From a virus (lineage: Duplodnaviria > Caudoviricetes): 57,411 nucleotides of DNA. The stretch's first letter is position 1, and every line of letters begins with the position of its first letter. The notes beneath the pieces were generated by a model. It was not told where the DNA came from. It did no database searches and worked only from the letters and a program-made list of their open reading frames with translations. The position numbers were made by a program, and so were the translations under genes. Shown here one piece after another: positions 47,130-54,260 of this stretch. The stretch spans positions 1 through 57,411 of IMG/VR virus record IMGVR_UViG_3300020001_000001; one strand, written 5' to 3'.

Positions 47130-47737
47130 AGTCCTGCATCTCCTAATTTTTCCAATACCAGCCAATATGAGTGGTATTTACGCGCGTGTCTCTGGCGAAG
47201 GACCGGGTTGTATGCCGGACCGTATGTTCGGTATCGCACGAGGATGTCCTTCGCGTAGAAGCCCCTCGCTCTGGCCCATTGCCATACATGGCAATGGGTG
47301 AGCGTCGTTTTGCTGTCAGTGTAGTCCTGAGTTTTGAAAGCGACAATGCCGCCAGGACGAAGAACGCGGTAGAACTCATTCAGCGCCCCCTTGTAAGTGC
47401 GTTCAAGTTCCTCCCAGGACTTGAACATTGTGAAGCGACCGGCTGCGGCGTTCTTCGTCAGGGCCGTGCCGTGCGGACTGTACATGAAAGGCGGATCGAA
47501 AACGATGCTGTCGAGTGACCTGGACTTTACCGGGAGGGCGGTTACGTTCGCTTGTTCGGTATCGAGGTCCTGCGGATCAATGTCGAACCGTAGCCGCGGC
47601 TTCGGCACAACGCCGCTCTTGTAGAACGAGCCGCGCGAGTAGCAGACATCGGCGTCGAACGGGAAGCCCGCGTTGTGCAATTTTATAATTCCGTTCAAAA
47701 TTTCATCGTCGGTAAGGGCGATAGATTTAACGACCAT
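47126..47737 (-). CDS. Putative amino (N6A/N4C) DNA methyltransferase
   Basis: DVCYSRG, SIVFDPPF, EFYRVLRPGG. Confidence 0.75.
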   Translation of the reverse strand: MVVKSIALTDDEILNGIIKLHNAGFPFDADVCYSRGSFYKSGVVPKPRLRFDIDPQDLDTEQANVTALPVKSRSLDSIVFDPPFMYSPHGTALTKNAAAGRFTMFKSWEELERTYKGALNEFYRVLRPGGIVAFKTQDYTDSKTTLTHCHVWQWARARGFYAKDILVRYRTYGPAYNPVLRQRHARKYHSYWLVLEKLGDAGL

Positions 47738-47784
47738 CGGAAGTTACTTCCGTTCTCCGGCATACTGTATGTTGCAACATCGTA

Positions 47785-50700
47785 TCAATCCTTGCGGTAG
47801 ATTGTTGCGAGATAGCCGGAGGCATCCAACGGTAAGCCAGTGGTCCAGGCTATCGCCTCAACCATGCACTTACGCAGCGCCTCCAACGTGTAACAGTTAT
47901 CACCCTTGCGGACAAGAGCAATCAGTTCGTCGTGGACGGAGCCGACGAGTTCGAAGCCAAACTCGCGAGCCCGGATCATCCCGATCTTCAAGATGTCGCG
48001 AGCAGTCGCTTGCACCACGTTCTCGCACTGTTTGCCGCCGCTGCTAAAGACGCGGCCCCATTGATGCGTGATCTGGTTCTTACCCATATATGACAATACG
48101 CGGCGCGTGAATACCGTTGGTTCGCCGGTAACACGATCCTTTCCCTCAAACTCCTTCGTGACGATCCGGGGTTTGTAGTAGTACATCGGGCGACCGGACG
48201 GCAGTTGAACCGTCAGGTAGGGGCCATTCATCGCAAAGCGTATCTTGCCATTGACCGTCGTCGGACGACCGTTCAACGCCGCCTTGGCTGCGTTCTCCAG
48301 GGCCGCCCAGAACTCCGGTATTTCAGAATAAATCTGTCGGAACAGTTTGACGTGCCGGTGCGCTTCCTCGCGTGTGATATCCACGCCCATGTTCTCGGCG
48401 TAACCCCACAGCCCGGTACGCTTGTTCCGCTTGAACTCGCCGCCGCCTAGCTGATAGGTGCAATTATGGACGATCAGCGGCCCGTCGCTTGTTAGCACCA
48501 TGAAACGATTTTGCGGTCCCGAATTGAGAATGTCGAACGTAGGCTCCCTTACACTTCGCTTGATCGGCGATAATGTGCTCGGCGGACAGGCCCTGTCGTA
48601 TTTTACGGGCAACTGTTCCGGCGTCGCGATATCGCGGTGCAAATCGTTCGGCAAATTCAACCGCGCACATTCGTTCTCCGCGGTAGTCGATCCATCGCAG
48701 GTCCTTTTTGTTTCGGTTATTCCGGGCTTCGGAAACGAAATGGATATTACCGGCCTCATAGTTTCCGTCATTGTCCTTCCGGTCGATGTCCAAAGTTGGA
48801 TCGCCGTGTCCCGGAAGCGTAAGACAATGCGCAATAAATTCGTATACGTCCCAAAATCTACACTTGATACCCCGTCCGCCATAGCGGTGTCCAGCATCTC
48901 CAGCGCCGCGGCACCGCGACTCAATCGCATAATATCGGTTTGCGAGTCTATCGACCACGTCTCGACCCGCGTGCCGAAATCGAACGTACACACCATTGGC
49001 GTGTTCACGTTGCGCCCGTCTTGCGCAGGGCAAGCAACTTCTACTCTTGCCAAGTTCAAGATTTTGTTGATAGACCGCCGCAACGTAGCCACAGGAACAT
49101 CTGCAAACATAGTGCAATCCATTCGTTCTGCGACTGGTGGAGACAACTTCCCACTCGCCAAAGCGATAGCCTTTTTCGCGATATCCGTATTTTGTGACAG
49201 CCGACATGCGCTCTCCCATTTATTAGCTCGAACGAGTACCTCGTGTCCTGGCGTCACTCGGACGCCGCCCAAATCTATTACGTATTTGTCGCCTTGGTAG
49301 ACAACGCCGCCGTGCGACACAAAATTCTCTCCATCGAACATTCTGTCAGCCGAAGTAACTTCAGAGATTTCAGCCCAACCGCGTTGGGTCAAAACCAGCG
49401 TATCGGATGCGAAACAACCCAGGACGGCGGGCTTGCATATCTGCCGCTCGGCTCCGGTGATCGCTGCGTAGGCTTTCTGATACAGTTCCACCCCGAAGTC
49501 GCGGTACGGGTCGCGGCCCTCGGCAAATACGTTCAACATACGCGTGCAGCCAGACAGCCACGCCGTTACGGCGGTTTCGATAGCCTTCAGATCACACACC
49601 AGAAGTTCGTAGCCTTCGGGTGCCTGAAATGCGGAGCGGACGGAACCGGCCAGCGCGATCATCGGCTCGTCGAACAGAAGCGACAGATCGGACATATTGC
49701 CGCTCTGGATGACGCGAGCCGCGACCTCCAACTTTTCCCAATTAAGCGGCGTATCGTCTTCCGGCTTCAGTTGCTTGGGCGTGTGGGTCAGGTTGTGTGG
49801 CTGTGGGCCGCGTCCAGCCCAACGCAGCGTACGAGCGGCGCCGACGAACTGAAACGAGTGTCGCAGGTTGTCGTCCGCCGAGAGTCGCCGCATGATCGCG
49901 GAGAACTTCTTAACGCTCGTGCGGCTGACGTTCTGCCGAAGACGTAACGCCTTCCGGGCGTCGTTCGTCAGCACTGGCTCACCGGCCTTCCGGCACTCTG
50001 TATCTTTCGCCAGCATTTTCTTCACGCTGGCTTTCTGAAGGTCCTCATATTCGTAGCCGCGTTCCTGAAGCCACGGAAGTAACTTCGCAGTCGAGTTGGG
50101 GTTCCACAGTTTCGTGAGCGTCTTCAATTCGCGTTTCAGTTCGGCGCGGCGGACCTCCGCGAGAATATCGGCGTTCTCGACGAACTCCCGGTTGACTGGC
50201 AGTCCACGATCGTTGATCTCCTGGTCACACTCGTACGCATCCCATTCGTCATCGGCGACCTCGTAGCGGATCAGCTTATCGCGAATGCCGTCCTCCGCGA
50301 CAACGTCCTGCGCGTTATAGTCACAGAACCGCTGCCAATCTTCGGGATCAGTTTCGCGAGTGCGCCTGACATGTGGGTTTTTCTGCGTGATCCTCTGCGG
50401 CTGACAGAACAGCTTGATAAGTCTGGACCCTTCCTTGTCCTTCAGCCTGAACTGCGGCAGACCCATAGCCGTGCCGATTTGAAACAGATCGCCGGTGAAC
50501 GACTGCATGTTGGCGAGCGCCGTCGTGCAGCGCCAGCCCTTCAGCGGCGTAGCGATCTTCAGGGTATTCATCGTGATAAGACGCTCGAAGGCTGCGTTGA
50601 AAGCCCACTTCTCGACCTCGGGATCGAGAAGCGCCACCTTCAGGTCAGCCGGGAACGGGTTGCACGTCAGATCGACATGTTGCACACCGAAGCCGTCGTG

Positions 50701-50889
50701 CATGTCATAGGCGACCATCAGCGCGCGGGTTGACGGATGAACGCTGTACTCCCACACGCCGACGCTACTGGCGCCGGTCAGTGGGGCTTCGCTGAAAGTT
50801 TCGTAATCGCAACTAACGCGTTTCCGCGTCCCTTCGGAACGACGGATACCCGCGTCAGACTGCACGAATGTCGTGCCGTCCAATGGCAT
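47785..50889 (-). CDS. Family A DNA polymerase containing an intein
   Basis: DYET and AFNAAFER exonuclease motifs; motif A DLKAIE; motif B RQICK; ENVVQA.ARD; VHDE. Confidence 0.93.
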   Translation of the reverse strand: MPLDGTTFVQSDAGIRRSEGTRKRVSCDYETFSEAPLTGASSVGVWEYSVHPSTRALMVAYDMHDGFGVQHVDLTCNPFPADLKVALLDPEVEKWAFNAAFERLITMNTLKIATPLKGWRCTTALANMQSFTGDLFQIGTAMGLPQFRLKDKEGSRLIKLFCQPQRITQKNPHVRRTRETDPEDWQRFCDYNAQDVVAEDGIRDKLIRYEVADDEWDAYECDQEINDRGLPVNREFVENADILAEVRRAELKRELKTLTKLWNPNSTAKLLPWLQERGYEYEDLQKASVKKMLAKDTECRKAGEPVLTNDARKALRLRQNVSRTSVKKFSAIMRRLSADDNLRHSFQFVGAARTLRWAGRGPQPHNLTHTPKQLKPEDDTPLNWEKLEVAARVIQSGNMSDLSLLFDEPMIALAGSVRSAFQAPEGYELLVCDLKAIETAVTAWLSGCTRMLNVFAEGRDPYRDFGVELYQKAYAAITGAERQICKPAVLGCFASDTLVLTQRGWAEISEVTSADRMFDGENFVSHGGVVYQGDKYVIDLGGVRVTPGHEVLVRANKWESACRLSQNTDIAKKAIALASGKLSPPVAERMDCTMFADVPVATLRRSINKILNLARVEVACPAQDGRNVNTPMVCTFDFGTRVETWSIDSQTDIMRLSRGAAALEMLDTAMADGVSSVDFGTYTNLLRIVLRFRDTAIQLWTSTGRTMTETMRPVISISFPKPGITETKRTCDGSTTAENECARLNLPNDLHRDIATPEQLPVKYDRACPPSTLSPIKRSVREPTFDILNSGPQNRFMVLTSDGPLIVHNCTYQLGGGEFKRNKRTGLWGYAENMGVDITREEAHRHVKLFRQIYSEIPEFWAALENAAKAALNGRPTTVNGKIRFAMNGPYLTVQLPSGRPMYYYKPRIVTKEFEGKDRVTGEPTVFTRRVLSYMGKNQITHQWGRVFSSGGKQCENVVQATARDILKIGMIRAREFGFELVGSVHDELIALVRKGDNCYTLEALRKCMVEAIAWTTGLPLDASGYLATIYRKD
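48463..49416 (-). mobile_element. Intein (318 aa) in polymerase motif B
   Basis: Block A CFASDTLV, block B TPGH, block F FDILN, terminal VHN followed by C+1; removal restores KPAVLG-CTYQLGG. Confidence 0.92.
48464..49207 (-). CDS. HNH homing endonuclease in an alternative frame within the intein
   Basis: CRCSCG, SCLPC, YGGRGI, IDRKDNDGNYEAGN...NNRNK; GGAG RBS before ATG 49207 (alternative ATG 49219). Confidence 0.85.
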   Translation of the reverse strand: MSAVTKYGYREKGYRFGEWEVVSTSRRTNGLHYVCRCSCGYVAAVYQQNLELGKSRSCLPCARRAQREHANGVYVRFRHAGRDVVDRLANRYYAIESRCRGAGDAGHRYGGRGIKCRFWDVYEFIAHCLTLPGHGDPTLDIDRKDNDGNYEAGNIHFVSEARNNRNKKDLRWIDYRGERMCAVEFAERFAPRYRDAGTVARKIRQGLSAEHIIADQAKCKGAYVRHSQFGTAKSFHGANKRRAADRP

Positions 50890-51134
50890 CAGATGAACTC
50901 CAGTTCGTGTTGATTGGCGTCGGCGATGCGGTTTTGCGTCAGCTTTCCGATATATTCGCGGTAAGCCCGGAGGTCGCGCTCGATGCGCTTCCCCCGGTCT
51001 TCCGCAATCAGTCCGTAAGCGAAACCCGCGTGTATCGAACGCTCGCGGATATCTTCTTCCAGTCTTCTTACTTCGTCACGCCACGTCTTCCACTCGTCAA
51101 CCGAAAAAGGCGCCCGGTTAGACTTGTTGCCCAT
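50889..51134 (-). CDS. Hypothetical protein
   Basis: TGATG coupling to the polymerase. Confidence 0.6.
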   Translation of the reverse strand: MGNKSNRAPFSVDEWKTWRDEVRRLEEDIRERSIHAGFAYGLIAEDRGKRIERDLRAYREYIGKLTQNRIADANQHELEFI

Positions 51135-51151
51135 GGAAGTTACTTCCGGTT

Positions 51152-51868
51152 CTACATCGCGTCGTCGTCATCCTCGAAGCCGCCACTGTCGGCGTCATCG
51201 CTCTCCAGGCTGTCGTCGATATCATCATCGTCGAGACGCCGGCCGTTGCCGAACGCATCGCCCTTGGCGCGAAACTGCACCGCGAGCAATTCGGCGTTCG
51301 CCCGAGTGCCGTATTCGTTGTCCTGCGGCCAGGGCCGGATCAGGACGGTGCAGTAGCAACCGCCGTAGAAAATCCGCTTGGCTTGCTCCGGCGTCAGCCG
51401 CAACGGCTTGCCGGTTTCAGGGTCACGACCGGAGCCGCGCAACTGCGGCTGATCGGGCGACCGGCAAGCCGCGATCCAGTGATCCCGATACTCGGGATTA
51501 TCCTTGCCCGTGATATACTCGCCGTCCTCGTCCTTGGCGTCGCCGTTCTTGATGAACTTCATCGACGAAGGATACTTGAACGGCTTACCGGCCTTCCCCT
51601 TGCCCTTGTCTGTCATCTGCTTCTCAAGCAGCTTGATCGCATCGACGCACATGCTCATCGCGTCTTTATGCGTGTCCTTCGGCAGCATCGCGGTCAGATT
51701 GAACGCGGAACTTTCCTTGCCGGTCTTTTTATCGACTGTCACCTGGGGCTTATCCAGGTGCGGATAGGAAATTCGTACCATGTCGAGACGGACGGCTCCG
51801 TCACTGAAGACGGCGCCAACGCCGTCTACTTTGCGGACGATTTTTCTCTCTTGCGGTTTAGCGGCCAT
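51152..51868 (-). CDS. DUF2815-family single-stranded DNA-binding protein
   Basis: VRISYPHL; FYGGCY; LLAVQF...GDAFG; acidic tail. Confidence 0.88.
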   Translation of the reverse strand: MAAKPQERKIVRKVDGVGAVFSDGAVRLDMVRISYPHLDKPQVTVDKKTGKESSAFNLTAMLPKDTHKDAMSMCVDAIKLLEKQMTDKGKGKAGKPFKYPSSMKFIKNGDAKDEDGEYITGKDNPEYRDHWIAACRSPDQPQLRGSGRDPETGKPLRLTPEQAKRIFYGGCYCTVLIRPWPQDNEYGTRANAELLAVQFRAKGDAFGNGRRLDDDDIDDSLESDDADSGGFEDDDDAM

Positions 51869-51923
51869 GTCGATTTTACTCCGGTGTGTTCGGTTTGAAC
51901 GGGTTCACTCTATCGGCAGTACT

Positions 51924-52106
51924 TTAGCAGTCGTTCTCAACCAGGACCTGCGTAATCCCTGGTATCTGTTTCTCGGCTTCGGCCAGAAACGCTCTGGCGG
52001 CGACGAAGGCTTCACGCGGTGAAATCGAGATCATCTTAGAGGGGTTAAGCGCGTAAATTACCAACGCCGCCCCGGCGACAAGTAAGTCTTCACGTTTCAC
52101 AGACAT
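51924..52106 (-). CDS. Hypothetical protein
   Basis: GGAG/GGA purine-rich RBS. Confidence 0.6.
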   Translation of the reverse strand: MSVKREDLLVAGAALVIYALNPSKMISISPREAFVAARAFLAEAEKQIPGITQVLVENDC

Positions 52107-52117
52107 TTTCCATTCTC

Positions 52118-53644
52118 CTACAGTTCGTCGTCATCGTCGAACGCATCATCCGCGGCGTCCTCCACGTCTATCCGCTCGTCCTTCTCGGAAACGAGCGTAG
52201 GCTTGCCGGGCGTGATCTGCACCAGCCCGGTTTTCTTTTTGCCGTCGCCGTACAGCAACGTCTCGATCTTGCTCGGTGCGTAAAACGCCTTCAACAGCGT
52301 TGCCGCCTTATTCACGGAAGTTACTTCCGTGACGAAGATGTCCTTTTCAAGCAGACCGGCGATGCTAAGTTCCTGCGCCGCGTGTTCGGCGTCCAGCCAT
52401 GAGAACGACCGGCGACCTCGCGTCACCTTCATGCCGGGCACATTGACGCCGGACTGCGCCAATCGCAGCAGTTCCTCCCCGATCTCTCTGAAGTACTTCT
52501 CGAAGAAACCGCGATGCCGGTAGCGCCATACGGCCAACGCCACATTCTGCGAGTTTACCTCCATTTTAACCGGCTTATCTGTTACAAATTGGTGTATCGC
52601 GACATCTCCGCCGCCGTACTCGAATGGAGGGGTTATACCCTCAATTACCCCTTCGTCAACCTCGAATGCGTCATCAGTCAGGTCGGCCAACAACGCAGAC
52701 CGGGCTGGGCACAGTTTGTCCTTGCACCACTGGCACGCTTTCGGCGAAGGCGAGCGTGGCGCGTTCTCGCGCCATCCGGCATCTGCCGCCGCCCGCACTT
52801 CTTCGCCGAAGACCAGCAATTCGATATCAGAACATTCATCCGTTTCGAAGCTGTCGAGACGCGGTTGCGCAATGCGCAGCGTGATCGAGCCGAAGCTGTA
52901 GAACCAATTCCATTCGAGGAACACACCGAGGGCATAGAGCATCGCCTGAGAGTTGCGCTTCACGTCAACCTTCAGGTGGCCCATTTTCAGATCGGTGATA
53001 ATGAGGCGACCGCGCCGAAGTATACTTCCGTCGGCGGCTCGCGTCGCCGGAATGCAGACAAAGTGATCCGCCGTTCCGCCTTGTTCGGGGATCGGGGTAT
53101 AGGACGAGTAATCGACGTGCTGTTCGATGAACACGTCACCGAGGACTTCGACCTCGGCGCAGTAGTCGATATAGCGGCGAACGTGGTGGACCATGTTCGC
53201 GTCGATCTCGACGGTATGACCGTCAGACTGGCCGGTCGTCCCGAGAAACTGTTTCGGCACACGTTCGGCACGTTTCTTTCCGTCGTCGCGGATGGCCGTC
53301 AGCCATTTCGCGGCGAAGTCGTGCGCCACCGTTCCGTACGCTGCGTCGTATCCCGCCATATCCGCCTTCGTGGCGTTTGCAAGAATGTATCCCTTGCAGT
53401 TCATCCATCCTGCGGATGATGACGGGGAAAACAATGAGTGTCCATTGTTGCCGGTCCCGTAGGTTCGGATCAGGCGAGCGATCTCCTGTTCTCGTGTCTC
53501 TGGGGTTCTGTCTTTTGCGAGCGCCGGTACTTTTGGCATCTCGTGCAGTACGCGCTTTGCGCGGTACATGTTCCGTAGCCCGTCATTCGGATAATCGCGT
53601 TTGGCGATTGCCGACGCCCTCAATTTGCGATCTATGGTCGCCAT
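52118..53644 (-). CDS. DUF2800 PD-(D/E)xK (Cas4-like) exonuclease
   Basis: HSLFSPSS..GW.NC; GT.AH; GTAD; DLKMG; QPR; CQWC....CPA. Confidence 0.88.
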   Translation of the reverse strand: MATIDRKLRASAIAKRDYPNDGLRNMYRAKRVLHEMPKVPALAKDRTPETREQEIARLIRTYGTGNNGHSLFSPSSSAGWMNCKGYILANATKADMAGYDAAYGTVAHDFAAKWLTAIRDDGKKRAERVPKQFLGTTGQSDGHTVEIDANMVHHVRRYIDYCAEVEVLGDVFIEQHVDYSSYTPIPEQGGTADHFVCIPATRAADGSILRRGRLIITDLKMGHLKVDVKRNSQAMLYALGVFLEWNWFYSFGSITLRIAQPRLDSFETDECSDIELLVFGEEVRAAADAGWRENAPRSPSPKACQWCKDKLCPARSALLADLTDDAFEVDEGVIEGITPPFEYGGGDVAIHQFVTDKPVKMEVNSQNVALAVWRYRHRGFFEKYFREIGEELLRLAQSGVNVPGMKVTRGRRSFSWLDAEHAAQELSIAGLLEKDIFVTEVTSVNKAATLLKAFYAPSKIETLLYGDGKKKTGLVQITPGKPTLVSEKDERIDVEDAADDAFDDDDEL

Positions 53645-53730
53645 TTGGAAGTTACTTCCGGCTTATGGTTAAGGGGCCGCTTATGCGCGGCCCCCTGTTT
53701 ACCCAACCCTACGCCTCCGGGGCGTAACGA

Positions 53731-54078
53731 CTAGCAAAGGCTGTCGTCATCCTCCGGGTCTTCCGCCGCCTCGCCCATGATTTCCTCACAGGCCGCGATG
53801 ACGGCACTGTAGCGGGCCGGCTTGATCCCGTTCATCTCGGCACTGTTACCAGCTTCCTTGATGATCTTCACGGCGGCGGGCTTGCCCTTCTCGTCCTTCA
53901 CGCCGACGAGTGCGGCCTTCACCATCTCGAACGTGATCTTATCTTCCTTCGGCGCCGTTACGGCCTTGCCCGGCGTCACCTTGCCGGGTGCGGCTTTGCC
54001 GCCTGGAGCCGTTCCCCCATGAGCGATCGTGTTGGCGTTGAGGGCCGCGATCAACCGCTCGGCTACTTCTTCGATCAT
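53731..54078 (-). CDS. Conserved Chi-like replication-module hypothetical protein
   Basis: LIAALNANT; VKAAL..VKD.KGK..A..II; acidic tail. Confidence 0.75.
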   Translation of the reverse strand: MIEEVAERLIAALNANTIAHGGTAPGGKAAPGKVTPGKAVTAPKEDKITFEMVKAALVGVKDEKGKPAAVKIIKEAGNSAEMNGIKPARYSAVIAACEEIMGEAAEDPEDDDSLC

Positions 54079-54141
54079 GCTATAAGTTCCTTGTTGGTTT
54101 CTGGCGAAAGTTCGAAAGTCGTTGGCCTTCGAACAATTATT

Positions 54142-54170
54142 ATGCTACCATCGACTTTCGGTTGTGTCAA
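54142..54170 (-). promoter_or_regulatory. Sigma70-like promoter of the replication operon
   Basis: TTGACA-17 nt-TAGCAT. Confidence 0.65.
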
Positions 54171-54260
54171 ATCGGTTGAAATTAGCCGAGTCAAACACTT
54201 GATCGAACGGACGGACAAAAGAGTCGATGAAACGGCGTTACAAAATCAACCGAGGGTTGG

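Noticed and set aside
48458-49300. 280-aa plus-strand ORF over the intein as a third overlapping gene
   Set aside because: It is the in-register antisense of the HNH frame, with no motifs or evident RBS.
52118-53644. Cas4-like nuclease as part of a CRISPR system
   Set aside because: It is the usual DUF2800 gene of this replication module; no cas genes or array are present.
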